A DNA stretch of 64,000 nucleotides from a virus (IMGVR_UViG_2895221163_000002:16586-80585); one strand, 5' to 3'; numbered from the stretch's first letter, positions 55,545 to 64,000 are shown. The notes: a model not told the origin generated them from the letters alone. Numbers and translations are program-made.

Positions 55545-56623
55545 TGACCATGCTGGCCAATTTTGTTCTGGAGACTGCCAGCAGTCCGGGCGTCAGCAGT
55601 TTCGTGCTGAACGGCGCGGTCGCAGATCGGAGGGCATTTTCCCAGGCGTTTCCGGATGGCGGCCGGATCTTCTATTTCGCGGATGACGGAACGCAGGCGG
55701 AATGGGGCGTGGGAACGCTGACGATCGGCAATCCCTGCACGCTGGCCCGCAGCCGGGTGATCGGCAACACGCAGAATGGCACGGACCTGATGCGCTTCTC
55801 CGGAGGTGTGCAGGTCTATAACGAGATCCCGGCCGAGTTCCTGGTTCAGCTGGATGAAAACGGAGCTGTGAGCCTCAAATCGCTGACCGTGCTCTCCGAG
55901 CTTCTGGTCCCGCAGGTCTCGGACTGGAACAGCAATCAGGCTGTCAGGGCGGCAGATGCGAAGGGCTGGTTCGTCAAACAGGGCTGGAGTTTCAGTAATT
56001 TCGGCGGCAATGCAATCTACGTAGGCTGGCGCAATGACGGATCCGGTCTTGGCCTGGGTGTGGATCAGACAGATATCGGAACCTTTGCGCTCAAAGGTTG
56101 GGTTTCTGATAATTATGCGACCACGGTTCAGGTGAATACGGCGCTGTCGGCAGCAAATTCTGCCCAGGGCACAGGGAACGCTGCGTTGGCAGCTGCGAAC
56201 ACTGCGAACAGCACCAAGCTCGATGCCAATAACGGGCAAGCCACGGTTCTGAGTGTCTCATACGGGCCGAACAAGGCCTCCTTTCAGGGGGACGGAAATT
56301 TCGTTCTCTATGCCGGCATCAATGCTTTTTTCGCTGTCAGCACGTCTTCCATTAATTGGAACGGCCACGACTTTGTCTTCACGGAAGACCTGCCCACGGA
56401 TCCGGGACAGAAAATCGTCATGGACGTCGCGACAGGCGTTTCTTCAGGCGGCCGTGTGACCTTTGCTGTGCCGTTTTCGGATACGCCGAGGGTCATGGCC
56501 CAGAATTTCGGGAATGGTGACGTGAACTGCCACGCCTATGCACCAGACAAGAATGGCTTCTCGCTCCACATCAACAATGGCGGGACGACGGATATCACCT
56601 ACATCGCCAAGGGTCCGAAATAA
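55541..56623 (+). CDS. Tail fibre/receptor-binding protein
   Basis: N-terminal V.ET...G...L.GA, EWGVGT; C-terminal VTFAVPFS..P.V...F...YIA.G (H-lectin/gp53-like). Confidence 0.7.
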   Translation: MMTMLANFVLETASSPGVSSFVLNGAVADRRAFSQAFPDGGRIFYFADDGTQAEWGVGTLTIGNPCTLARSRVIGNTQNGTDLMRFSGGVQVYNEIPAEFLVQLDENGAVSLKSLTVLSELLVPQVSDWNSNQAVRAADAKGWFVKQGWSFSNFGGNAIYVGWRNDGSGLGLGVDQTDIGTFALKGWVSDNYATTVQVNTALSAANSAQGTGNAALAAANTANSTKLDANNGQATVLSVSYGPNKASFQGDGNFVLYAGINAFFAVSTSSINWNGHDFVFTEDLPTDPGQKIVMDVATGVSSGGRVTFAVPFSDTPRVMAQNFGNGDVNCHAYAPDKNGFSLHINNGGTTDITYIAKGPK

Positions 56624-56655
56624 GCGTCCCCCTGCTCTTCTGAATTCTTCTGTCT

Positions 56656-56679
56656 GCCGCCTTCAGGGTGGCTTTTTTT
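56656..56679 (+). terminator. Intrinsic terminator
   Basis: GCCGCC-TTCAG-GGTGGC-TTTTTTT. Confidence 0.6.
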
Positions 56680-56690
56680 ATGGAAAAACG

Positions 56691-57020
56691 ATGCCTGTTT
56701 CCCAAGCCACCGAAGACACTCTGTCCAGCCTGCGGGCCGAAATCCGCACCCTTCAGGATCGGACCCTCAAGCTCGAAACCTACGCGGACGGCCTGAACGA
56801 CAAGCACGACACTCTGCGAAGTGAAGTCCGCACGGAAATCGCCTCTCTCCGCAACCAGATCGCCAGTCTGGAAACGAAGATGGAAACGGCGAACAAGCAG
56901 ATCAACACGAAGCTGGACCGCCTGTTCGGTGCCCGCTCTGTCGTCACGGCTGCCATCACCCTGCTGACTTCAATTCTTGGATCCGGGGTCGTGCATCTAG
57001 TGGTCTCGATTGGGAAGTAA
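56691..57020 (+). CDS. Coiled-coil protein with C-terminal TM (holin/XhlA-like)
   Basis: Heptad repeats followed by a hydrophobic C-terminus; start of the lysis region. Confidence 0.55.
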   Translation: MPVSQATEDTLSSLRAEIRTLQDRTLKLETYADGLNDKHDTLRSEVRTEIASLRNQIASLETKMETANKQINTKLDRLFGARSVVTAAITLLTSILGSGVVHLVVSIGK

Positions 57021-57088
57021 GGTCAGGAATGGGGGGTAAGCCGAATGTCGGTTATAAGAGTAAGATGTTGAGAAAGCGGACAAGGCGC

Positions 57089-57117
57089 TTGCATATGCGC
57101 ACATTAATGACTATCAT
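57089..57117 (+). promoter_or_regulatory. Sigma70-type promoter
   Basis: TTGCAT-17 nt-TATCAT. Confidence 0.65.
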
Positions 57118-57123
57118 ACACCT

Positions 57124-57374
57124 AAGCTGATTAAAGACAGCTACAGTTTTTGCGTTATCCTAATTCGGGCCTTAGCCGTACACGCGGTGGAACGCTCAGT
57201 GGCTTGTAAGTCATATTATCGATGGTCATTTGATCTGTGGAAACCGGGTAACTAAAACTTTGAGTTTTGGGACTTTGGTGATCTTAAAGTTGGTACCACC
57301 AACTTATCGATGGAAAACGAAGGTAACGCAGCATATGTAAAGGGCGGCCAGTAAAGGCCGCCCTTTACTTTTTT
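57124..57374 (+). ncRNA. Putative structured non-coding RNA of about 250 nt
   Basis: Promoter upstream, strong terminator downstream, no substantial ORF, nested long-range helices and several hairpins. Confidence 0.55.
57337..57374. terminator. Strong, probably bidirectional terminator
   Basis: Perfect 13-bp stem GTAAAGGGCGGCC-AGTAAA-GGCCGCCCTTTAC followed by a T run. Confidence 0.85.
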
Positions 57375-58428
57375 ATTTTACAATATTTCCTGTTACGACA
57401 TCGCTGGGGAAGATATTAGTATGGTCACCACTAATGTTGATATTGCCTTTTGTTCTGCATGAAAACACTTGACGGTCAAACAGCCTTCCATCCTCGAATT
57501 GTGCATCATGCTGAAAACCCGCCGGTGTTAGGGGGGTGCCAAACCTATAGCGACTCTCTAGCGTGTGGTTAAGCAACATGGAGCGGACCTCTAGCGTCTC
57601 GTCCGGCTCAGCGCAGGCTTTGATAGTTGCTTCGTATTCAATCTCGTGAACGCCGCCGTCCTGACCAACGTTACTTTTGGCAAACACAATACCACGTGCA
57701 TCAATCGCGAAGCTTTTCCCACGCCCTCCCACACGCTTGTAAAACGCTTTCAAACGTTCGTAACAAAATTTTTCAATGATGATACCTTCTTCGATCTGAG
57801 CAATCCCAAGTTGATTTTCCATGAATGCGCGAAAGCGTCCGATCAACTGTTCTTGCCCATCCAAGTGAAAGTTTCGGCCAGGGAGCAGCAAAACGTCATC
57901 CGTCCGCCGAGCTTCAAGTCGTAGGCGCAGATCCCGGGCAGGCTCAGCATCCGCTGTGTCGATCGCATGCCGCAACAGCTGGGTTACTGTTTCGATGTTG
58001 TGACGCCAATGCATACCTTTCGGCCAAGACCAGTCAGGATGCTCAAGGCGGAGCGGCCACACTGCATGACCGAATACATGCCACAAGCGCTCGGATTGAG
58101 GGGCCGGGACATAGGCAACCACGATCCGGCTCGGAGTTGGAACTTTGTCGGCGCCTGGCCGGGCCTTCATAGCAAAACTGCAAACCTGTATTCCGAGGTC
58201 GAGAATGGCACGGTCTTTTGCGTAAATACGATCGTTTCCATTCGAGAAAGGAACTGCAATCGCTCGCCACTTAATAGTATCGTCGTTGTCAATCGTCGCT
58301 GCAGCAGCTTGGGCTGTGGTCTCAGGAAGGCCCGCAATTACAAGCAAAGGAGACGGACCAGGCGAGCCACGATTCTGGGATCGACCTGGCTGAGTCGATT
58401 TATTTCTCTTTCCCATATTCTTAGGCAT
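57373..58428 (-). CDS. Uncharacterised protein, possible toxin/nuclease effector
   Basis: Coupled (ATGCCTAA overlap) to the upstream gene; C-terminal RYRFG..GFQHDAQ...C...HTNIFPSD. Confidence 0.7.
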   Translation of the reverse strand: MPKNMGKRNKSTQPGRSQNRGSPGPSPLLVIAGLPETTAQAAAATIDNDDTIKWRAIAVPFSNGNDRIYAKDRAILDLGIQVCSFAMKARPGADKVPTPSRIVVAYVPAPQSERLWHVFGHAVWPLRLEHPDWSWPKGMHWRHNIETVTQLLRHAIDTADAEPARDLRLRLEARRTDDVLLLPGRNFHLDGQEQLIGRFRAFMENQLGIAQIEEGIIIEKFCYERLKAFYKRVGGRGKSFAIDARGIVFAKSNVGQDGGVHEIEYEATIKACAEPDETLEVRSMLLNHTLESRYRFGTPLTPAGFQHDAQFEDGRLFDRQVFSCRTKGNINISGDHTNIFPSDVVTGNIVK

Positions 58429-59095
58429 GCTTGAGCAAAATCTGAGCAATGTCGGCAGGAATAATTAATCCCGACATGATATCAGGGGATTGAGCGGCGA
58501 TTAGCCGGGCAAGCGCGTTACTGGTTTCGCCATTGCGAAACGTTTCTATATCAATGCCAATCTCTTGCGTCCAAGTGAGAAATAATCCCCAAAGTATGGC
58601 ACGCTCCTGAACTGAAGCATTACGGAGCGGGAGGCCGGGTCGGCGCAACGAGTTAGGGATAATGCGCTGGGTTGGGCGAATAAGATCTGGCACTGTGACT
58701 TTAGAGTAGCGGAATGGTCGGACTATATCGAGTGCAACATGCTCGGCGGCTTCGGTTCGTATACAGAATGCGAGTTTCACTGAGCTAGGCAAACCATCGA
58801 AAAAGTTTGCAGCCTGATGTTGGCTGGCGCTCTCTTGTTTGATTTCTAGTCCGACGCTGCCTGCAATTCCCGTCGGCGCTATGGTTTCGCGACCAATTGT
58901 TGTATCAACAAAACGAAGATTTTCTTCTCCTGCGGCCCGAACAGCGGCAGCCAAGGAACCGTAATCTGACTTCAATTGAGCGAGCAATTCTTTGTTGCTC
59001 TGCCCAAATCTGGACAGCAGCAACGGCTTTGGGTCCTGCTCCTCATAGTGCTCCTTAACTGCCTTAACGAGCGCTTCCAAAGTCTTTGACAACAA
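58421..59095 (-). CDS. Protein with N-terminal OST-HTH/LOTUS-like domain
   Basis: TTG start with AGGAG RBS; PLLLSRFGQ...YGSL.AAV resembles OST-HTH. Confidence 0.6.
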   Translation of the reverse strand: MLSKTLEALVKAVKEHYEEQDPKPLLLSRFGQSNKELLAQLKSDYGSLAAAVRAAGEENLRFVDTTIGRETIAPTGIAGSVGLEIKQESASQHQAANFFDGLPSSVKLAFCIRTEAAEHVALDIVRPFRYSKVTVPDLIRPTQRIIPNSLRRPGLPLRNASVQERAILWGLFLTWTQEIGIDIETFRNGETSNALARLIAAQSPDIMSGLIIPADIAQILLKHA

Positions 59096-59337
59096 TGTAT
59101 TTTCTCCTGCCTCGGAGTCTAAGAGACTACATAAATAGCTACGATGAGACTAATTTTTTCCATAGCATGAAACTCAAATAATAGACGAAAATGCCTCACC
59201 GCTGCTAATTATCTGATAACCCGATTCAACCACATGTCTTTAAGTCAGATTATGTCCGCTATGCGGAAATCAATATCACGGCCAGAGCGACCGGGATGAG
59301 GCGAAAGCCGCCATCCTGTCTGAAGCTCCCCCTGCCA

Positions 59338-59364
59338 AAGCCGCCCCAACCGGGCGGCTTTTTT
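59338..59364 (+). terminator. Intrinsic terminator
   Basis: AAGCCGCCC-CAACC-GGGCGGCTT-TTTT. Confidence 0.65.
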
Positions 59365-59377
59365 ATGGAAAATCCCC

Positions 59378-59881
59378 ATGAATAACACTGCCATCGTGTT
59401 GGCCACAGCGCTGCTGCGGCTGCCCGGGTTCGAAGGATTCCGGTCGAAGCCCTATGTCTGCCCCGCAGGATACTGGACAATCGGGTATGGCAGCCGTTGG
59501 CTGGCCAATGGACAGCCCGTCACGGACCGGACCGTCCCCATCGATCAGGCAGACGCAGGCAGCCTTCTACTCCAGACCGTAACGGCGCTCGATGTGGCAC
59601 TGTCCCGCCTGGTCCGGGTGGCGCTGTCAGACGTCCAGCGCGTAGCCCTGCTGTCCTGGCAATACAATGTCGGAACCGCCGCCGTCGAAAGCTCAACCCT
59701 GCTGCGCAAGCTGAATGCCGGTGACTATGCTGGCGCGGCCGACGAGCTGCTGCGCTGGGACAGGACCACCGTGCACGGACATCTGGTCGAACTGCCCGGC
59801 CTGAAGAGCCGCCGCGCCCGTGAGCGCGCGCTCTTTCTGGGCCTCATTCCTCCCCCAACACCGAAGGACAGGACCGTCTGA
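59378..59881 (+). CDS. Endolysin (GH24 phage lysozyme)
   Basis: FEGFRSKPY.CPAGYWTIGYG, YNVG, STLLRKLNAG and GL..RR..ER motifs. Confidence 0.93.
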   Translation: MNNTAIVLATALLRLPGFEGFRSKPYVCPAGYWTIGYGSRWLANGQPVTDRTVPIDQADAGSLLLQTVTALDVALSRLVRVALSDVQRVALLSWQYNVGTAAVESSTLLRKLNAGDYAGAADELLRWDRTTVHGHLVELPGLKSRRARERALFLGLIPPPTPKDRTV

Positions 59882-59961
59882 TGGCCCGGAATTTTACACC
59901 GACCCAAAAGTCCGCCATCGATAGACGGCAGCCCTTCCCTCAGCTCGGCATGGCCGGAGTC

Positions 59962-61590
59962 ATGAAAATGCGACTATTACATCTGACGCTTGCTCTGGCG
60001 TTTCTGACTGCTCCGTCGGCTTTTGGTCAAAGCATGCCGTCCTGGAAATCTGCCACCCAGACGGGAAACGTCAGGGATCTTGTACAGTCGGCGGGAAACG
60101 ACAATTCAGTTGCAGCGTGGCTAGGAAAGAAAGTTGACGTTAGTTCAATCAATCGGCCTAACGGGGTAGCAGGCTTGGATCATGATAAAAACCTGATCGC
60201 CAACACCTTCTCAAATTTTGCTGCTGTCTCTGGAAAGTCGTATCAATCCCTCGAAAACCAGATGCGATTACCGACCAATACGGTCACTTGTCCTGGAATA
60301 ACAGGGCCTAATGGGCGAAGTGGCGCATGTACAACGTTACTAAACGATGGATCAATCTTTAATACAACAAGTGGACCTGTCGGAAGTAATATAAACGTAG
60401 TTCAGCTGGATAACGCAGTAGGTGCTTCAGTTGGTCAGTTCATTGGAACCATAAATTACAGCACTACACAGCCGCTCTGGGCATTTAACATCGTGATGAA
60501 TCAAGCTCAGAATGCAGCGTTTGAATCTGGTATTGAATTGGATATGAACCGATCGATAACTGGTTGCTCAGTTCCGTTAGATGTCGATGTGGGAGCTGCA
60601 AACGGTTGTTCATCAATGACCGGCTTTTGGGCAACAGGTATCAATGCTTCTGGCACTACAGGCGGTGCTGCATACTATGCCACCATGAGTGGTACTGGCA
60701 CGCATGCTCCTCTATGGGCGGATGGCTTTGCTGCTGAAGCGAACTCCATTCGGGATACCGTATTCCTTGACAACACAGCGGCTCCTACGACCTTGAAGGC
60801 ATTAAATGGTCATTATGCAGGTATTGACTTCTCTAACGCTAAATTCTGGAATTCAGCCATAATGCTGGCAGATATCGGGTCATCCACACCCAATTTACCA
60901 ACTACACAGGGCATGTTCTGGACTACAACACCAACCGCGACCATTACCGGAGACCCAAAATTTACCGCATCCATATCTGGAGGCGGTGGTGCCGGCGCTC
61001 TGTTTTTCGATAGCAATAATAGCTTCTACTTTAATGTTGATAAAACCACTACGACAGACTTTGAAATTGGCTCACAAAAAACAATGAAAGATCTCGTTAT
61101 TGACGAGCATACTTCTGGCATTTCCAACGATTACGATGAGCGTTTGTACTTCTCTGGTGGCTTAGGTGCAGGTAGCATTACTGCAATTGCCCCAGCGCAC
61201 ATCACCGCAGCGACGAGTGTGTTTCAGGTTTACAATACTTCTACAAGTTCCGCAGACACGACTGACGTAGAAATAGGCTCCACAACTACAGCGCAGAGCA
61301 GCGCACTAAACTTTCATACTAGCGGATCTTCCAATACATATGATGCACAGATCGCTTCGAGCGGTGGAGATGGTCGATCAGGAAATAACGGCCAAGGGAA
61401 TCTGGCTCTCACAGCTTCGAGAATCAGTATTAACGGAGTTCTGAATATCCAAAGACTCACTAAAACTCAAATTCTCGGTATTTCTTCACCAGTTGAAGGC
61501 ACTATCGTAAACGACAGTGACGATCACGTGCCGGTCGTTTACGAAAATGGGCACTGGTATCCGATGACACTCGGACCCGCCCTTCAGTAA
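59962..61590 (+). CDS. Signal-peptide-bearing tail-fibre/adhesin-like protein
   Basis: MKMRLLHLTLALAFLTAPSAFG signal; NGVAGLD and repeated EIGS...HTSG..N.YD motifs; Ser/Thr/Asn-rich; lower GC. Confidence 0.65.
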   Translation: MKMRLLHLTLALAFLTAPSAFGQSMPSWKSATQTGNVRDLVQSAGNDNSVAAWLGKKVDVSSINRPNGVAGLDHDKNLIANTFSNFAAVSGKSYQSLENQMRLPTNTVTCPGITGPNGRSGACTTLLNDGSIFNTTSGPVGSNINVVQLDNAVGASVGQFIGTINYSTTQPLWAFNIVMNQAQNAAFESGIELDMNRSITGCSVPLDVDVGAANGCSSMTGFWATGINASGTTGGAAYYATMSGTGTHAPLWADGFAAEANSIRDTVFLDNTAAPTTLKALNGHYAGIDFSNAKFWNSAIMLADIGSSTPNLPTTQGMFWTTTPTATITGDPKFTASISGGGGAGALFFDSNNSFYFNVDKTTTTDFEIGSQKTMKDLVIDEHTSGISNDYDERLYFSGGLGAGSITAIAPAHITAATSVFQVYNTSTSSADTTDVEIGSTTTAQSSALNFHTSGSSNTYDAQIASSGGDGRSGNNGQGNLALTASRISINGVLNIQRLTKTQILGISSPVEGTIVNDSDDHVPVVYENGHWYPMTLGPALQ

Positions 61591-61614
61591 ACGGAAGAAC
61601 ATCCCCCTTAAATT

Positions 61615-61636
61615 AACCGCCTCCGGGCGGTTTTTT
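61615..61636 (+). terminator. Intrinsic terminator
   Basis: AACCGCC-TCCG-GGCGGTT-TTTT. Confidence 0.65.
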
Positions 61637-61654
61637 CATATCTGGAGAACGCCC

Positions 61655-61990
61655 ATGGACTGGACCACCCTGTGCCAGACGGTCCTGCCGTACCTGCCTG
61701 CGCGGTATGCGAGCGACATCGTCTCGATCCTGACCTTCCTGATCGCGGCGGCCGCTCTGGCCATGCGCTTCTGGAAGCCGCCCGCCTCGGGTAGCAGGCT
61801 GGCGCTGCTCTACAAGGTCGTTTCCAGCCTGGCACAGTCGAAGGGCTGGAACACCAACGCCTATCAGCCCGATGCCAAGGCGCTGATGATCCCGGCCGAG
61901 GCCAGCCGCACGATCGAGGCGGCAAAGCTGGGGCTCGATCCGGCTTCCACCCATCCCAAGGCGGGCGCGCCTCCCAAACCGACCGCCTGA
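61655..61990 (+). CDS. Putative holin
   Basis: One or two TM segments (IVSILTFLIAAAALA; LALLYKVVSSLA); lysis region. Confidence 0.5.
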   Translation: MDWTTLCQTVLPYLPARYASDIVSILTFLIAAAALAMRFWKPPASGSRLALLYKVVSSLAQSKGWNTNAYQPDAKALMIPAEASRTIEAAKLGLDPASTHPKAGAPPKPTA

Positions 61991-62035
61991 CCCGAAGGAG
62001 GCAGGCCCCCCGCCTGTCAGACCGCTCTTTCTTCC

Positions 62036-62059
62036 GCCGCCCTCTGAGGCGGTTTTTTT
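62036..62059 (+). terminator. Intrinsic terminator
   Basis: GCCGCC-CTCTGA-GGCGGT-TTTTTT. Confidence 0.6.
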
Positions 62060-62074
62060 ATGTCTGGAGACATC

Positions 62075-62575
62075 ATGCGCAATCGCTTCCTCGCTCTCAG
62101 CCTCGGTGCCCTTCTTCTCGGCTCCACGGCGGCCTGCACCACGACCGCCAACATGGCCAGCTTCAACACAACCGCACTCAATAATGACGCTACGGCCATC
62201 GCTTATGCGGTCCAGGCGATCGAGGGCATTCCCGAACTGGAAAGCCATCTCTCCGCCTCCGACAAGGCCAAGTTCGACAACCTGATCGCGCAGATCCGCA
62301 GCGTGACAGCGCAGGTGGCGGCCAACTCCAATGGCTCGATTGCGGTCGCGACCGGCAAAGACTGGGCCAAGTCACTCGGCACGGATCTCGAAACTCTGCT
62401 GGCGATCGCAACGCCGATCGTGAAGGTCTATTCGCCCTCGGCTGCGACCTACATGCAGACCGTCCAGGCGATGATTCCGCTGGTCGAGGCGCTGGCTGGT
62501 GTCACGGCCGCGCCCTATGCCGCACCTCTCCAGTCGCCGGAGCTGATCCGCGCCCGGATCTATCAGGGCGTCTGA
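62075..62575 (+). CDS. Lipoprotein
   Basis: MRNRFLALSLGALLLGSTAA-C lipobox; helical body. Confidence 0.7.
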   Translation: MRNRFLALSLGALLLGSTAACTTTANMASFNTTALNNDATAIAYAVQAIEGIPELESHLSASDKAKFDNLIAQIRSVTAQVAANSNGSIAVATGKDWAKSLGTDLETLLAIATPIVKVYSPSAATYMQTVQAMIPLVEALAGVTAAPYAAPLQSPELIRARIYQGV

Positions 62576-62597
62576 TCTTTCGATCCTGACCAGCATC

Positions 62598-62633
62598 AGG
62601 GGGAGCGGCTTTTGGCCGCTCCCCTCTTTTTTT
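62598..62633 (+). terminator. Intrinsic terminator
   Basis: GGGGAGCGGC...GCCGCTCCCC followed by a T run. Confidence 0.65.
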
Positions 62634-62648
62634 GTTTCCGGAGATCTT

Positions 62649-63398
62649 ATGCAGGACAGAAGACTGGGCAAGCGCGCCCCGAAACACGATCCGCGCACCT
62701 ATCGCCTCGGCCGGGTGCTGGCCGTGCGCCTGCCGGCCGTGCCTGACGCGCGCGACTGGTCGCAGAACGTGCCTTATCAGATGTGGGGCAATGACCGCTT
62801 CGGCTGCTGCGCTTTCGCCGCTCACGCCGCGCTGGTGGCGACCTGGACCAAAGCTGCGCAGTCTCTGGTCATGCTCTCGACCGAAACCGTGCTGGCCAAC
62901 TATGCGGCGCTGACGGGCTTTAATGCCGAAACCGGGTACGATCCGGGCACCATCCTGCTGGACGAACTCAACGCCTGGCGCCGTAACGGACTGCTGCGAC
63001 CGGGACAGACCCGCGATTACCTGACCGCCTATGGATCGATTGCGCCGACTGACGTCGTGGGCATCCGTCGTGCCATTGCCTATCTCGGCGGCGTGCTGGC
63101 GGGTGTGCAGGTGTCGCAAGGCTTCCTCGATCTGGGTCTGGGCGAGACCTGGGACTGGGAGGCGATCAGTGACCATACGCCCCGTGGAGGCCATGCCATC
63201 GCGCTTGTCGGCTACAATCCAGAAGGCGTGTTCTTCAACACCTGGGGCACGCGGACTTTCATGCCGTGGGGCACGTTCGTGCGGATCGCGGATGAGGCTT
63301 ACGGCCTGCTGTCACGGGAGAACTGGCTGGGCATTCCCGGCACGGCGCCGACCGGGGAGGATTTCGAGGCGCTGCTGGCAGAAGTGAGGGCGGCATGA
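62649..63398 (+). CDS. Papain-like (C1) cysteine peptidase
   Basis: RDWS, GND.FGCCAFA (Cys), GGHAIALVGY (His) and NTWG motifs. Confidence 0.8.
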   Translation: MQDRRLGKRAPKHDPRTYRLGRVLAVRLPAVPDARDWSQNVPYQMWGNDRFGCCAFAAHAALVATWTKAAQSLVMLSTETVLANYAALTGFNAETGYDPGTILLDELNAWRRNGLLRPGQTRDYLTAYGSIAPTDVVGIRRAIAYLGGVLAGVQVSQGFLDLGLGETWDWEAISDHTPRGGHAIALVGYNPEGVFFNTWGTRTFMPWGTFVRIADEAYGLLSRENWLGIPGTAPTGEDFEALLAEVRAA

Positions 63399-64000
63399 GG
63401 ATCCTCGCACTCTGCGCGCTTCTGGCCCTCGCGGCCTGCTCGGCCGGATCGGTCGCGCCCGTCACCATCAGTCAGGCCATTGCTGGTGTTCAGGCAGATC
63501 TGACGAAAGCTGGTGTCGTCAGTGTCTCGGGCGTGCAGCACTGGACAGCAGATCAGGCTGCCCGGTTCGATGCCAACGTCCGAGCACTCCAATGCGCGCA
63601 GCACACGTCAGATCCGGTTGTAGCGATGATTGCCGGGCCGGTCACAATGGATCTGTCCGGGACATTCAGCCAGTCAGGGTCGTTCTCCGTCTCGGCGTCA
63701 TCCGCCCTGCCCGTCTTCGGGCTTCAAGCCGATGCCAGCCGAACGAAAGCACAGACGATGAGTGTTCCTGTCCAGTTCGTGCCGCTCTCTGCATTGGCTG
63801 ATGCCGAGGCTGGACGGGAAGTCGGTTATGCCGGAGCGCTCTTGGTGCAGAATGATCAGGTGCGACAGGCTGTGGCAGCACGGATCGAGGCCGATCGGAT
63901 GGCGCTGGCAGCGCATATTGGATCTCTGATCAGAAAATATGCCGCTTCCTGCCCGACCGGATTAGGTCATTCTTTCGTTGGGATACGCCGTGCTACGTAA
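63395..64000 (+). CDS. Lipoprotein
   Basis: MRILALCALLALAA-C lipobox; ATGA-coupled to the peptidase. Confidence 0.7.
   Translation: MRILALCALLALAACSAGSVAPVTISQAIAGVQADLTKAGVVSVSGVQHWTADQAARFDANVRALQCAQHTSDPVVAMIAGPVTMDLSGTFSQSGSFSVSASSALPVFGLQADASRTKAQTMSVPVQFVPLSALADAEAGREVGYAGALLVQNDQVRQAVAARIEADRMALAAHIGSLIRKYAASCPTGLGHSFVGIRRAT

Larger units (their letters stand above)
28042..64000 (+). mobile_element. Prophage R (HK97-type head, non-contractile tail); continues beyond the right edge
   Basis: int/xis, cI/cro, rep, HNH-terS-terL-portal-ClpP-capsid, tube, long TMP and lysozyme genes. Confidence 0.92.

Noticed and set aside
57310-57354. Short ORF MENEGNAAYVKGGQ as a tmRNA-like tag or leader peptide
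   Set aside because: No RBS, it runs into the terminator stem, and there is no tRNA-like domain
57124-57374. Retron msr-msd or DGR template
   Set aside because: No reverse transcriptase anywhere in the window and no TR/VR pair seen
59205-59255. Second copy of the resolvase site (TTATCTGA, GTCAGATTAT)
   Set aside because: Only partial half-sites in the wrong arrangement within AT-rich DNA; likely chance

Overview
The window is almost entirely two temperate prophages lying back-to-back, probably in an acetic acid bacterium such as Gluconobacter (host inferred, not shown). Their closely related integrase genes converge on a 48-bp 3' fragment of tRNA-Val(CAC) at 27994-28041. The left prophage (1-~27990, late genes on the minus strand) has a lambda-type head module, a Mu-like contractile tail, DnaB, a cI/cro switch and xis/int. 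It also carries an AT-rich two-gene cargo resembling RexAB or Butters gp30/gp31 exclusion systems. The right prophage (~28040->64000, late genes on the plus strand) has an HK97-type head and a non-contractile tail. It encodes a second tyrosine recombinase with its own 11-6-11 site, an acetyltransferase moron, brnT-brnA-hicB and an unusual lysis region with a signal-peptide fibre-like protein, lipoproteins and a papain-like peptidase. The most novel-looking element is a ~2.2-kb cassette at 57075-59260. It contains a promoter-driven, terminator-bounded, highly structured ~250-nt non-coding RNA that converges on an operon encoding an OST-HTH/LOTUS-like protein and an uncharacterised putative enzyme. 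All family assignments come from motif recognition by eye; no database searches were run.
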